A stretch of 63,481 bases of DNA, the filler included, from Theionarchaea archaeon (GTDB lineage: Archaea > Methanobacteriota_B > Thermococci > Methanofastidiosales > SZ-28-30): assembly GCA_018992565.1 (NCBI GenBank). It is 5 parts of 5 records of this genome, joined end to end, with 100 filler letters (N's around TTAATTAATTAA, not from the genome) between each part and the next. Parts side by side here need not be neighbours in the genome. Positions count along the whole stretch, not along the records: positions 1 to 31,558 come from JACVGW010000021.1; positions 31,659 to 39,808 come from JACVGW010000102.1; positions 39,909 to 47,981 come from JACVGW010000103.1; 2 more parts are not named here. The stretch is one strand, 5' to 3'. Each line of letters opens with the position of its first letter. Position 1 is the stretch's first letter. The translations under genes were made by a program, and so were the position numbers. The notes beneath the pieces are model-generated. The model searched no databases. It was not told the origin of the DNA and saw only the letters and a list, made by a program, of their open reading frames with translations. Positions 30,097 to 40,915 of the stretch are shown piece by piece.

Positions 30097-30296
30097 GGGG
30101 AGGGATACTCTCCTTCTTTCACTTTGGCTCCTTTTGCTGTTATGATCACGTGGTAGAACTTGCCATCAGTCTCCACCTGCAGTACTTTGCCATCATAGGC
30201 ACCAGCCCATTCCGCCATGATTTTCAGTGCGTCTTCTTTCTTGTTCCCCTGCTGTATCACCATCTGCAAAAACTTGTGAACATCTTCTGCTGTCAT
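30097..30296 (-). CDS. Hypothetical protein, possibly SCP2-like (3' end in gap)
   Basis: VLQVETDGKFYHVIITAKGAKVKEGEYPS resembles SCP2 strands; coupled to the upstream ORF. Confidence 0.45.
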
Positions 30297-30571
30297 CCCT
30301 TCTTCACCTCCTCCACCCAGGCTTTGACTGCATTCAATGCAGCAGTATTCACGCTGGATGCGTGAGCATTGCCAAACTTCTTCTCTACAGCAGACAGAAA
30401 GTCCTGATACAGATCGTGATCCATCACCAGGTACACTCTGCCTTTTCTGTTATCTACCAGGGACTGGGCAAGGAATTCGGAATATTGAAAGAATTCATGT
30501 TCAATATCATCAAGCTTCAAGTGGGGATACCCCAGCCACTCAGAACCAGGTGCTTTCCTGAATTTCGCCAT
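30293..30571 (-). CDS. Hypothetical protein
   Basis: 92 aa ORF with GGAGG RBS inside a tight operon. Confidence 0.7.
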   Translation of the reverse strand: MAKFRKAPGSEWLGYPHLKLDDIEHEFFQYSEFLAQSLVDNRKGRVYLVMDHDLYQDFLSAVEKKFGNAHASSVNTAALNAVKAWVEEVKKG

Positions 30572-30572
30572 T

Positions 30573-30809
30573 TTAATCCCTCCTCACTACTTCGTCTTCT
30601 TTCAGCTTCAAGAATCCAGATAGAAAGGGCCACTGAATCACATATCGCATTCCTTTTGCACTTCTCCAGGTACCTGCATAGATGGCACCTCCTGGATTGC
30701 TCACATACTGATCAAGTATGTACGTGACAGCAGTTTCCAGTGGTATGTTAGCTCCTTCTGCGATTTCACTCAGTTTTTTCTCAACTTCAGGAGATACTTT
30801 AACTTCCAT
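30573..30809 (-). CDS. Hypothetical protein with RHH/CopG-like N-terminus
   Basis: MEVKVSPEVEKKLSEIAEGANIPLETAVTYILDQY; GAGG RBS. Confidence 0.65.
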   Translation of the reverse strand: MEVKVSPEVEKKLSEIAEGANIPLETAVTYILDQYVSNPGGAIYAGTWRSAKGMRYVIQWPFLSGFLKLKEDEVVRRD

Positions 30810-30811
30810 AC

Positions 30812-31504
30812 TTATTCCTCCTCTCTAAATGCCAGTCTCTTGTAGGGATTTCCCCACCTCTCACTGTAGAACACTGATTCCAGTGGGAATCGGGAGGGAC
30901 CCATCATCCGTGGTTTCTTGGGGACACCAATTGACAACGTTGCCACAGGCACCCATGTCCTGGGGACACCAATTCTCTCACATATCAATTCATTTCGCCT
31001 GGGTTCCATAATGGGAAAGGCCTGGAATCCAGCCCCGTACCCTAGAGCATGGGCCGCAAACCACATATTCAAGATACCCATGCCCACCACGATAGATCCG
31101 AAGTACTCTAACTCGTAAATCAAGGGAGAGTCATGGAACGTTTCGCTGCCGCAGCCAATGATCACTGCGTCAGCATCCTTGGGGTACAAGAACAAATCAC
31201 CAGAGCGCATGTCCTCAAAGGTTCCTGGTCTGTTCCTGTCAGGCAGGTACCAGAGTCTGCCCTGCGTCAGTTCGTAGGCAGCAGATCCGAATACCTCGCT
31301 TGCCGCATTCTTTGAAATTGCGCTAATAAATTCCTTCAACTCTTGGTCTTCTCTAATGATCACATATCTCCACATCTGCATGTTTTCTGGGCTAGGGGCA
31401 TACCGCGCGGCATCTAGAATCTTCTCTAAGTCTTCATCAGGGATTCTTTCCCCTGTAAAATCTCTGATACTTCTTCTTGTCCTGATTGCTTCAAATATGT
31501 CCAT
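30812..31504 (-). CDS. Nitroreductase family protein
   Basis: MDIFEAIRTRRSIRDF, APSPENMQMWRY, AHALGYG. Confidence 0.9.
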   Translation of the reverse strand: MDIFEAIRTRRSIRDFTGERIPDEDLEKILDAARYAPSPENMQMWRYVIIREDQELKEFISAISKNAASEVFGSAAYELTQGRLWYLPDRNRPGTFEDMRSGDLFLYPKDADAVIIGCGSETFHDSPLIYELEYFGSIVVGMGILNMWFAAHALGYGAGFQAFPIMEPRRNELICERIGVPRTWVPVATLSIGVPKKPRMMGPSRFPLESVFYSERWGNPYKRLAFREEE

Positions 31505-31558
31505 CTTCGAAACCTCCTGAAACCTCAAGGGTTATAAATTTAAAAAGCTTTGGGTAAG

Positions 31559-31658
31559 NNNNNNNNNNNNNNNNNNNNNNNNNNNNNNNNNNNNNNNNNN
31601 NNTTAATTAATTAANNNNNNNNNNNNNNNNNNNNNNNNNNNNNNNNNNNNNNNNNNNN
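31559..31658. other. Artificial contig-join spacer (N-TTAATTAATTAA-N)
   Basis: Six-frame stop linker embedded in N; identical spacer occurs four times. Confidence 0.97.
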
Positions 31659-32210
31659 GCTCCTTACCTCAAGTGCCAGTTCAACCCAGGAGACTTGTTC
31701 CACTTTGCAGGGCTGTTCCTGACATTCGCCTTTCCTGCCCTCATAGGCATGATACAATCAGGATATGTCATGTACATTCTCATATGGATTGCATTCATGC
31801 TGTTCTTCTTTAACGTGTGGGAGAGTCGGATTCTCTGCAGACATTGCCCTTTCTACGCTGAGGAAGGCCGGATACTGCACTGTATTGCCAACTACGGTGT
31901 GATAAAGCTGTGGAAATACACTCCAGCTCCCATTTCCTGGCGAGAAAAAGTCCAGCTGGTGGCGGGATTCATCCTTATTGGAGGGTACCCTTTCCCCTTC
32001 CTGATCCTGGGGAATCAGATGACCCTTGCATTCCTTGCACTCTGGGGATTGATCATTTTTTTCTGGACTCTCCAGAAGTACGTGTGTTCCAGCTGCGTAA
32101 ACTTCTCATGCCTCTTTAACAGAGTCGATAAAGGTGTGGTAGCTCAGTACCTTGATAAGAATCCCTCAATACGAGATGCATGGAACAGCACTGCTGCCTC
32201 AAGAGACTAG
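31659..32210 (+). CDS. Membrane protein with Cys motifs (5' truncated)
   Basis: TM helices, CRHCPFY and CSSCVNFSCLFN motifs. Confidence 0.7.
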   Translation, partial: APYLKCQFNPGDLFHFAGLFLTFAFPALIGMIQSGYVMYILIWIAFMLFFFNVWESRILCRHCPFYAEEGRILHCIANYGVIKLWKYTPAPISWREKVQLVAGFILIGGYPFPFLILGNQMTLAFLALWGLIIFFWTLQKYVCSSCVNFSCLFNRVDKGVVAQYLDKNPSIRDAWNSTAASRD

Positions 32211-33460
32211 CGCGCACCCAATAGCCCAGCAGAAACCAAATGATAGGCCTTCTCCTCAAGTTCGTCCAGGTAGTTTCTTCCCTTCAGGTACTCAGTAAGG
32301 TAAGGTGTAACCTCGCCGGGAACAGATAGTGCTTCAAGCTCTTCCTGACTCATGTGAGTAATATCTGTGTCCAGGTTCTCCAGAGTGGTGACTGCCCTGT
32401 AGACCACAGGAACGTTCTTCTCCCGGAGAATACACTTTCTGATGTAACTGACTTTCAGCAGGAATTCTGAGCATTTCAAATTTCCGGAGATCCTCCCTCG
32501 GGGAATATACCGGTCTGGTGCATACCTGACAGCATGCTCATATCCTATCTTGTATCCTGTGAGCTCAGGGTACACAACCCCGGTCTCCTCCAGCTGATTT
32601 ATATTGATGTTACCGTACCTGTCATTGTTGCCATACAGGAGCTGATACTTTTGAAGGAGGTGAGGGTAGTGCTTCTGTATCACTGAGAGGAATTCCTCTT
32701 TGTTGCGCCCTGGTTTTAGAGTCAATCCCCAGCAGTACACGAATTCTGCACCTACTTCCCTGGCTCTTGTGTACAAAGTTTCCATATTCTCAGCAGTGTC
32801 CCCAATGAAGGGGAGCACTGGATAAAAGTGGATCCCTGCATGAATTCCTTCCCTTCTCAGAGTCCTGATTGCTTCAAATCGTTCGTCTGTTGTGCTGGCG
32901 TGCGGTTCGAAAATCTTCTGGGATTCGTTGTCTGCAAGCGTGATGGTAAAGCTGCAGCACGCATACGCAGTCCTGTTAATGTGTTTCAACAGCTCAATAT
33001 CACGAAGAACTAGTGTATTCTTGGTGAGAATGAAGACTGGTAATCCATAATCACGGGCAATAGAAAGTAGGGTACGGGTCATCTGGGTTTCGGCCTCTGC
33101 AGGCTGGTAGACATCGCACACACCACCGCCAATGTGGAGCACGAACCCTGGTGGCTGACTCCTCTGAGCTGAATCTCTTAAAGAAGGAATAAAATCGACC
33201 AGAGTATTGGTCTTCTGCCTGTAGAAGGGTATATACCCTTTCTTCCGCAGGAACTGCTCCAGCAAAAGGGGTGCATTGGTTTTCACTTTAATACGCTGGG
33301 AAAAATCCTCGTGCATGTAGTATCCCTCTGATTTCCCATCACAATACACACAGTCATGGTAGCACCCCTGATAGGGATTCAAGTATGCCTCTCCCCAGGA
33401 AAAAAGACTGGGAGAACTTTTCCTCATGACAGATTTTGCCGTATATGGCTCCAGTATCAT
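32207..33460 (-). CDS. Radical SAM protein, SplB/Rv2578c-like
   Basis: NPYQGCYHDCVYC, DVYQPAE, LTK...RD, FEP motifs. Confidence 0.85.
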   Translation of the reverse strand: MILEPYTAKSVMRKSSPSLFSWGEAYLNPYQGCYHDCVYCDGKSEGYYMHEDFSQRIKVKTNAPLLLEQFLRKKGYIPFYRQKTNTLVDFIPSLRDSAQRSQPPGFVLHIGGGVCDVYQPAEAETQMTRTLLSIARDYGLPVFILTKNTLVLRDIELLKHINRTAYACCSFTITLADNESQKIFEPHASTTDERFEAIRTLRREGIHAGIHFYPVLPFIGDTAENMETLYTRAREVGAEFVYCWGLTLKPGRNKEEFLSVIQKHYPHLLQKYQLLYGNNDRYGNININQLEETGVVYPELTGYKIGYEHAVRYAPDRYIPRGRISGNLKCSEFLLKVSYIRKCILREKNVPVVYRAVTTLENLDTDITHMSQEELEALSVPGEVTPYLTEYLKGRNYLDELEEKAYHLVSAGLLGAR

Positions 33461-33614
33461 TACACATAGTATGTACTGTGTATTAAAGGACTTTGTGGAC
33501 TCACAGCCACGAGGACGAGAAGGAATAGAAGCTGACAGCTGCTAACCCACCAGATTCTGCATCTCCCGCATGAAAACCTTTATCACACTCCATAGCTAGT
33601 GAACCTGTGGTTTC

Positions 33615-34953
33615 ATGCTGGAAAACATCAGGATTCTGGATCTGTCCCGGTTATTACCTGGACCGTACTGCTCCATGCTCCTGGCCGATCTGGGATGTCA
33701 CGTGATCAAGATTGAAGAACCCACCACAGGAGACTATGCCCGCTGGATGCCCCCCTTTATCAACACGGAGAGTGCCCGGTTCCTTTCTGTCAATAGGAAC
33801 AAGAAGAGCATGACACTGAACCTGAAAACAGAAAAAGGGAGAGGAATTTTCATGCAGTTGGTAGAAAGAAGTGACGTCGTTCTGGAGAGCTTCCGTCCGG
33901 GTATCCTTCAAGCGCTTCAGATCCATTACGAAGAAGCTCAAAAAGTGAACCCGGGGATTGTCTACTGCTCTATAACAGCTTATGGACAAGATGGACCNNN
34001 NNNNNNNNNNNNNNNNNNNNNNNNNNNNNNNNNNNNNNNNNNNNNNNNNNNNNNNNNNNNNNNNNNNNNNNNNNNNNNNNNNNNNNNNNNNNNNNNNGGG
34101 TATCCTTCAAGCGCTTCAGATCCATTACGAAGAAGCTCAAAAAGTGAACCCGGGGATTGTCTACTGCTCTATAACAGCTTATGGACAAGATGGACCGTAT
34201 ACTCATAAGGCGGCTCATGACATCAATGTTATTGGACTGGGTGGAGTACTGAGCATTACCAGGAACAGAGAAATACCCGGGGTTCAAATTGCAGATACTG
34301 CATCTGGGTTACTGGCGTGCATTGGTATCTTGTCTGCCTTGCTTTTCAGGGAAAGAACTGGCAAGGGTCAGCATGTTGATATTTCTATGCTGGACGGCAT
34401 CATATCCTTGCTGTCAGTACATGCAGGAGAGTACTTTGCCACCAGGAAGTCTCCTGTTCCAGAAAAGATGGCTTTATCAGGGGGGCTCGCCTGCTACAAC
34501 GTGTATGAAACAAATGATGAGAAATTCATTACACTTGGAGCTTTAGAATCCAAGTTCTGGCAAGAATTCTGTACAGCAGTTGAAAGAGACGATCTCGTAC
34601 CACACCAATTTGATGAAGATCAGGAAGAACTGAAACAGATAATCAGCAGCATATTCAAAGAAAGGTCCCAGCAAGAATGGATGGATACGCTTGAAAATGT
34701 CTGTGCTCCAGTGAATAACCTGGAAATGGTATGTAGAAATCCACAGGTTCTTCATAGAAACATGGTTTCTCAAGTAGAACATCCTGCTGCAGGGGTCATT
34801 GACCAGGTGGGGACGCCCATAAAGTCCTCCCTGTGTCCCGCTGAGATACGGCTCCCTCCTCCCTTGTTTGGAGAGCATACACGTTCGATACTGCAGGATA
34901 TAGGAATCTCTGAGGCTGAGATTGAGGAGTTGCGGGAAGAAGGAGTAATATGA
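33615..34953 (+). CDS. CaiB/BaiF (class III) CoA-transferase, split by a false gap
   Basis: DLSRLLPGPY, NRNKKS, ESFRPG, HDIN, PPPLFGEHT; 99-nt duplication either side of the gap. Confidence 0.9.
33899..34196. repeat. 99-nt exact direct repeat (33899-33997 = 34098-34196) flanking a 100-N gap; assembly overlap artefact
   Basis: Identical GGGTATCCTTCAAG...GATGGACC on both sides of the Ns. Confidence 0.9.
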
Positions 34954-35332
34954 CAAGATACGAACCTAATCTTCATTCAACAGGAGATTCATGGCATATT
35001 CCTAAGTGTAGTACCTCAGTTTGAAAAGCAGCGGCCATTAAAGCAAGGAAATGAACTCTAATCATAGAATAATTTAGTTCCATATCTTTTTAAAAATTAT
35101 TACATCTTTTTTCCAAGAAAGGCATATAAATGTTCCTCCAGAACGAAAGAACTAGGTAATTCAAACACGAACCTTCCGCTCTGGTGAGGAGTCGGGTTAC
35201 GGCCAGTTCTCTTTTTACTCGTCCCCTGGGCTGATTATCCGGCTTCTCATCAAACACATCAGAACCTTTGTTTTTCAAAAAGTATTTATATGCTCCTCTT
35301 CTTTCTCTACCACTACATGCAAGAGGGAGAGT

Positions 35333-35647
35333 ATGACAACATGCAAGAGATGCGGAGCAGAGCTCCTGGAAAATGCTCAATTCTGCCACAGGTGCGGTGC
35401 TTCTGTAGGTACCACACGGGAGGAATTCTACATAGATTCTGACCATCTCGTGGAGAAAATCAAAGAACTCATTCATGAAGGAAACGTGACGAGAGTCATC
35501 GTAAAGAATGAACATGATAAGCTCCTCCTGGAAATACCTGTTACGATAGGAGTCATAGGAGTACTCATTGCGCCCTGGCTGGCCGCTCTAGGTACTATTG
35601 CTGCCCTTGCCACCCGATGCAGGATCATTGTGGAAAGAAGAGAATAG
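35333..35647 (+). CDS. Zinc-ribbon + DUF4342 protein
   Basis: CKRCG...FCHRCG; KIKELIHEGNVTRV...LLEIPVT. Confidence 0.85.
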   Translation: MTTCKRCGAELLENAQFCHRCGASVGTTREEFYIDSDHLVEKIKELIHEGNVTRVIVKNEHDKLLLEIPVTIGVIGVLIAPWLAALGTIAALATRCRIIVERRE

Positions 35648-35685
35648 TACGTAACGGTTGGCAGGTGCTCTACTTAGGTAATATC

Positions 35686-38013
35686 ATGCTTATTATTAGA
35701 AAGACTACCCGGAAGAAGCCAGAAATTGAGATTTACTCAATAAAGAATGGCAAAAAAATCTATTATCTAACCTTACGAGAAGAAAAAGGTAGAATAAGGC
35801 CTCATCGATTTCGTTCAGGGGATGAAGTGTACCAGCCCAAGAGAGCAGTCCAGATGCTCAAAGCTGAACCCGTGTACCTTTCCCGAGATGAAGAGACCCT
35901 GGCCATTAAGAAAGAGCTGGAAGAGCTATTCTCCTACCTTCAGACACCATATGAATGGATTGACCTCTGCCGCCACTGTTTCATGGAAGGGAGAGTGACC
36001 CAAAATCCTGAATATGTATTTCACGGTGAGAAGATTTGCAGGTCCTGTGCCCTACATGAGGTGAAGAAAGAACTCAAGTTCAGAAAGGTCTCAGTACCAG
36101 TAGAACCAATCCTGGACAGGCTGAAGAACGTAGACCAGATCATTACTCTCCTGGATCCGCGGTATTCCACAGCCAAAGATACGCTGTATGATGTCATAAA
36201 GGGGGAAATGCCAGAGAATCTCCTGTCGGTAGATGATCTGGAAATCCCAGAACGTCTCAAGGCCATCTTCAAAAAGGAAGTCAGAACCCTGCTCCCCATC
36301 CAGCAGAAAGCAGTGGAGGCTGGACTGCTCAACAACCAGAACCTGCTGGTGGTATCAGCCACTGCCTCAGGAAAAACACTCATAGCAGAACTGGCAGGAT
36401 TGAAAAAGGTCTGTGAAGGTAAGAAGCTTCTGTTCTTGGTTCCTTTAGTGGCCCTTGCCAACCAAAAGTATGAGGATTTCAAGAAAAGGTACAGCTCTCT
36501 ATGCAGTGTGTCTATCAGGGTGGGTATGAGCCGGATTCACACTGCAGAAGACCTCCTAGTGATGGACAGTGATGTCAATGCAGATATCATCGTTGGGACA
36601 TATGAAGGGCTGGATTTTCTCATCCGTGCCAATGTGGGCCTGGGTGACGTTGGATGTATTGTCATTGATGAAGTGCACATGGTGTCAGATCCAGAACGGG
36701 GTCCCCGGCTGGACGGGATGATTTCCCGGCTGAGAGCGTTGTACCCGGAGGCGCAGTTTCTGGGGTTGTCAGCCACTGTGGGAAATCCGGAGGAAATCAG
36801 CCGAGACCTAAAATGCAGGCTTGTCTTATACACAGAACGTCCCGTACCGCTGGAACGGCACATTGTATTGACTCCAGACAAGAATGATACTATTAAAGAG
36901 TTGATTGAGAAAGAATGGAAGGAAGTCTCGCGGTACGGCTACCACGGGCAGAGCATTCTCTTTACCAACTCCCGCAGGAATTGCGAGACACTGGCAGGAT
37001 TTCTGAGATCAAAGGGGATACGAGCACAGGCGTATCATGCAGGGTTACCCTATGTCAAGCGGAAGTCGACTGAAACCTCTTTCTGGAATCAAAAATTGCA
37101 GGCAGTCTGTTGCACAGCAGCTCTATCTGCTGGAGTGGATTTCCCATCTTCGTGTGTCATATTTGACAGTTATAAAATGGGGATTGAACCGCTCCGGAAG
37201 CAGGAATTCGAACAGATGACAGGGAGGGCAGGGCGTCCCTTATACCATGAGAAAGGTAAGGTGTATTTACTGGTGGAGCCCTTTTCAGAAGAAGATACTG
37301 TGTTACATCATTTGCTGGAAGGAGAAATGGAAGACGTGGATATGGTGTACACAGAGGAGCAGGAACTGGAGAATGCGCTGGCTGCAAGAGCATGTGGGCT
37401 GAGCCTTGAGGCAGTCAACAGGTATGCACTGTGGGAGCTGCGGCCATCTCTGGCAGGAGAACTGGAGAAGTACGGAATGGTGACAGACGAAAGCATTACA
37501 GGATATGGAAGGGCGGTCTCAGTCTCATTCCTGAATGTTGAGCAGGCTGAATTCATCAGGCGGAATTTGAGGAAGGATATTCTGGACATAGTAATCCCTC
37601 TGGAGCTATTTGAAAATGTGTACTTGACGCAGAGGTTGAAGTCACAGCTAAATCTGGAAGTAGATACACTGTTTTCAGGAGCATGTCTGGAAGTCCTGGG
37701 CAGGAGCGAAGTGGGATTGACCATATTGAAAGCGTTTTTTGTGTGTGATTGCCGGGAAAACCCGTACTGTGAACATTCTAAATGGAATATTTCCAGATAT
37801 ATCTGCGAATTGCGGGTAAAGGGGTTATCGCCCTCCGGGATATCCAAGCGGTTCAGACAGGACTATGGGCTATTATTGTATCCTGGAGATGTATTCTCCT
37901 ATCTGGATGCTATCGTCCACAAACTTGAAGCTGTGGAGAGGATTGCTGAAGTCTTCAAAGAGGGTAGAACTGTGACAAAGGCCAGAATACTGAAGAATCA
38001 GATAGAAAGATAG
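35686..38013 (+). CDS. Archaeal SF2 DEAD/DEAH-box helicase (COG1202/DUF5814 type)
   Basis: LLPIQ, SATASGKT, DEVH, SAT, QMTGRAGR, C-terminal CDC..PYCEH. Confidence 0.9.
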   Translation: MLIIRKTTRKKPEIEIYSIKNGKKIYYLTLREEKGRIRPHRFRSGDEVYQPKRAVQMLKAEPVYLSRDEETLAIKKELEELFSYLQTPYEWIDLCRHCFMEGRVTQNPEYVFHGEKICRSCALHEVKKELKFRKVSVPVEPILDRLKNVDQIITLLDPRYSTAKDTLYDVIKGEMPENLLSVDDLEIPERLKAIFKKEVRTLLPIQQKAVEAGLLNNQNLLVVSATASGKTLIAELAGLKKVCEGKKLLFLVPLVALANQKYEDFKKRYSSLCSVSIRVGMSRIHTAEDLLVMDSDVNADIIVGTYEGLDFLIRANVGLGDVGCIVIDEVHMVSDPERGPRLDGMISRLRALYPEAQFLGLSATVGNPEEISRDLKCRLVLYTERPVPLERHIVLTPDKNDTIKELIEKEWKEVSRYGYHGQSILFTNSRRNCETLAGFLRSKGIRAQAYHAGLPYVKRKSTETSFWNQKLQAVCCTAALSAGVDFPSSCVIFDSYKMGIEPLRKQEFEQMTGRAGRPLYHEKGKVYLLVEPFSEEDTVLHHLLEGEMEDVDMVYTEEQELENALAARACGLSLEAVNRYALWELRPSLAGELEKYGMVTDESITGYGRAVSVSFLNVEQAEFIRRNLRKDILDIVIPLELFENVYLTQRLKSQLNLEVDTLFSGACLEVLGRSEVGLTILKAFFVCDCRENPYCEHSKWNISRYICELRVKGLSPSGISKRFRQDYGLLLYPGDVFSYLDAIVHKLEAVERIAEVFKEGRTVTKARILKNQIER

Positions 38014-38067
38014 AGACAGAAGAACAGAAAGAGTGAAAAGAAAAACAAATAATGACCACGAGAGGAG

Positions 38068-39087
38068 CTACATCAGAATGTTCTCCATGAGATGCTGCAG
38101 GTTACTGAGGTCTTCACTGTTGATAGTCTCTCCCGGAGAGTGAGGGTACAGAGTCGGACAGCCCAGAAGCGCAGTACGGGAGGCGGAGTTCACGAAGAAA
38201 CCCAGCCCATCAGTGATTCCCCTTTCCAGGATTGCAGGCTGCAGCGGGATATTGGAATTCTGTGCTGTTTCTCTGCATTTGATAATAGTTGGATGGTGAT
38301 AGTGCATGGATCCATCCTTGTAAACGATAGCTGGTCCCTGTCCTAGTCTGAGAGCTTGATTTCTTTGAGAAGTAGGTATGATCTCCAGGATGTACGCTTC
38401 ATCAAAGGTCTGTTGGGAGGCTAGTGCATGGGCACCTCTAACCCCGATTTCTTCCTGGACAGTGGATGCCAGGAATATGTCCCGGGTCACAGAAGTCTTG
38501 GAGAGGAAGGCTGCCAGCTGGATCAGGATGGCCAATCCCAGCCTATCGTCCATAGATTTTCCCTTGATTCGAATATTGAGTTTCCTGGTTTGTGCTTTCC
38601 AGGTCAAAGGACAACCCACATGAAGGTGGGAGGAGTAGGCTTCTTCTCTTGAGGTTGCTCCAATGTCCACCAGAATAGTGTCAAGACTGGGGACCTTTTC
38701 CCGGGATTCCTTATCTACAACATGGCCAGTATCCATGGTCAGGACCCCATCTATGGACTGGTAGGTGTCTGTGAATATGGTAACCTCATGAAAAGGGAGT
38801 ATTCTGGTATCAGGGACTCGTGTCTTATAGTTAGGAGCAATTTGCAGGAATCCATCCTCAGTTATATTCTTGACTACAAATCCGACTTCGCAGGCATGGG
38901 CAGCTATGATTGTCTTTGGTCCTTCTCCCGGGAAATGTGCCTGCAAGTTACCGACTCTGTCGAAAGCGACGGATTCTGTGTGGAGAGAGAACTGGGTTTC
39001 CATGTACTGCTGGACCAAAAATTCCCGTCCTACAGGACCGGATAATTCAGTGAGGGTTTTGAGATGGTGATAGAGTGAATCTGGCAT
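38068..39087 (-). CDS. M42 family metallopeptidase-like protein
   Basis: GPVGRE, AHACEVG, MDDR, QEEIGVRG, GQGP, YPHS. Confidence 0.8.
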   Translation of the reverse strand: MPDSLYHHLKTLTELSGPVGREFLVQQYMETQFSLHTESVAFDRVGNLQAHFPGEGPKTIIAAHACEVGFVVKNITEDGFLQIAPNYKTRVPDTRILPFHEVTIFTDTYQSIDGVLTMDTGHVVDKESREKVPSLDTILVDIGATSREEAYSSHLHVGCPLTWKAQTRKLNIRIKGKSMDDRLGLAILIQLAAFLSKTSVTRDIFLASTVQEEIGVRGAHALASQQTFDEAYILEIIPTSQRNQALRLGQGPAIVYKDGSMHYHHPTIIKCRETAQNSNIPLQPAILERGITDGLGFFVNSASRTALLGCPTLYPHSPGETINSEDLSNLQHLMENILM

Positions 39088-39808
39088 GAAGTGTAGTGAC
39101 TGTGGAGCGTAATATACTTTTTGGATGGTAGAGAGACTGGTTGAAGTAGCCTTCCCGGGTTAGTCAGATCGAATAGCTTTTTCGTTATCCATTATCTCTT
39201 GAACCTGTCTTGAGAAATCAGTGAGGCATGATTAAAGGCTTTGATGACTCCCTGATTTTCGTGTCAAAGATTGAACAGAAAAGCCTTCTCTTGATTTCTG
39301 AGTGGACGACACTGGCAAAGATCATGATATTGTTCCCTGATTCCATAACTAGGGATTTTTCAGGTAACACTTCACATTGCTTTGCTGTCGGAATCCTAAA
39401 TAGCTCTCCTGAAAAACTTTGGTTAAGAGATGCTGCATATTTGAGAATCTCAATGGCTCAAAAATATGATTCTATATTCTATATGATAAGGTTCTATAAA
39501 GTCTCAAGAAACATACAAGATCGAAGCAATATTGATGCATATTTTGCTTTCTGTGAATTTGCCCAAAATGTGGCTATCTTCATGGGTTTTCATGATTCAT
39601 TTGGCACTATTCTTTTCTCCTGAATCTGGATTTATTTCAATATCACAGGTCTATTTTTACTGAAAGAGATTCATAAAGTCATATAATACCTTCAAATAAT
39701 TCGAATTAAAAATTTGATATAAAAAGATATTTTTCTTGTGCTTTCATAGAAAGGTTTAAATAATTGCTAGAGGAAGAGGAGTGTCTATGCATGTTTTCCA
39801 ATGTAGAG

Positions 39809-39908
39809 NNNNNNNNNNNNNNNNNNNNNNNNNNNNNNNNNNNNNNNNNNNNTTAATTAATTAANNNNNNNNNNNNNNNNNNNNNNNNNNNNNNNNNNNN
39901 NNNNNNNN
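39809..39908. other. Artificial contig-join spacer
   Basis: N-TTAATTAATTAA-N. Confidence 0.97.
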
Positions 39909-39943
39909 GCATCAAGCATTAGCGTTGCATAGATGTACTCCAT
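39909..39943 (-). CDS. rpl12: 50S ribosomal protein L12/P1, N-terminal fragment
   Basis: MEYIYATLMLD after GGAGGTG RBS, directly downstream of rpl10. Confidence 0.85.
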
Positions 39944-39958
39944 TAAGAACACCTCCAC

Positions 39959-40915
39959 TTAGCCAAATAGAGCTCCCAGTCCTCCAAGGGCATCTTCTTC
40001 GGCTTTTTCTTTTTCTTCTTCCTTTTTCGGCTCAGCTTCTGCCTCTTCTCCTGGTGAGACAGCCGCATGGATGGGTTCGCCTCCTGCGAGGCTGTTCAAG
40101 ACCCGTGCATTGGCATATGCCTTTGCCAGGAGCTGAGGAAGAACTTCCGGTGACATGATACAGGCATTCAGAGCCAGTGATCGTGATTGTCGTACTGCTT
40201 TCTGAACCAGCAGGGAGAGAGTCTGTTCCGTCACAATGCAGGCTTCCACTCCCAGGGACAAAGCCTGCTGGTATGCCAGTCCCAGCTGGGCAGTGAACCC
40301 CTCTTTGTCCACATGCAGGACTGAGGATTCATATAAGCGTCCTTTTTCACAGACACCCAGAAGGTCCAGGCCCGCACTCATGGGCTCAATCCCCAGTTTC
40401 TTGAGGATCTCTGCCTTCTTCTCATCAATTTCTTCCCCTGCTTTAACAAAAACATGATCATTCTGGACGATGATTGACCCTTTCTCAATACGGGCAGGAA
40501 TCCCTGCGCGCTGCAGTTCACCCACCAGAGGCCCCGGAGGGAACCCTGTGTCTCCTGCAGATATGACGATCTCTTCAGGAGCTACATCGCCAGGTCTGGC
40601 GGGGGCAGGAGTTCTGCTCTTCTCCAGCAGCATGTTGAGCTTGAATGGGTCCATGTCTGTGCAGATTATAGATGCACCACCTTCCAGATATGGGGTGAGT
40701 GCTTCCACTTCATGCTTTGATTTCTTCAGAGCAATGGCTATCAGGGTATTCTTGGATCCACGAATCAAGACGCTGCCCCGGAGATCTTCTCTGATTCGTT
40801 GCAGCTGCCGGGCCTTGATACCCTGGACATCCACCAACCCTACGACAGGATATGAATCAAGTGCTGTCTTCAAAGACTGGACTTCCTGCTTCTTGCCTGC
40901 ACCTACATGCGCCAT
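39959..40915 (-). CDS. rpl10: 50S ribosomal protein L10/P0
   Basis: KNTL, TGFPPGP, acidic tail ending GLGALFG. Confidence 0.95.
   Translation of the reverse strand: MAHVGAGKKQEVQSLKTALDSYPVVGLVDVQGIKARQLQRIREDLRGSVLIRGSKNTLIAIALKKSKHEVEALTPYLEGGASIICTDMDPFKLNMLLEKSRTPAPARPGDVAPEEIVISAGDTGFPPGPLVGELQRAGIPARIEKGSIIVQNDHVFVKAGEEIDEKKAEILKKLGIEPMSAGLDLLGVCEKGRLYESSVLHVDKEGFTAQLGLAYQQALSLGVEACIVTEQTLSLLVQKAVRQSRSLALNACIMSPEVLPQLLAKAYANARVLNSLAGGEPIHAAVSPGEEAEAEPKKEEEKEKAEEDALGGLGALFG

Noticed and set aside
31603..31614. TTAATTAATTAA palindrome recurring four times
   Set aside because: Always centred in N runs; a synthetic six-frame-stop linker.
32207..33460. Second radical SAM gene as a possible RiPP enzyme
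   Set aside because: SplB/Rv2578c-like, no SPASM domain, no adjacent peptide, and on a different contig.
33899..34196. 99-nt direct repeat splitting the CoA-transferase, resembling a duplication or frameshift
   Set aside because: The exact repeat flanks an N gap; merging the overlap restores one continuous ORF, so it is an assembly artefact.
39228..39623. 131-aa ORF in an AT-rich stretch
   Set aside because: No recognisable motif or convincing protein-like composition; left uncalled.
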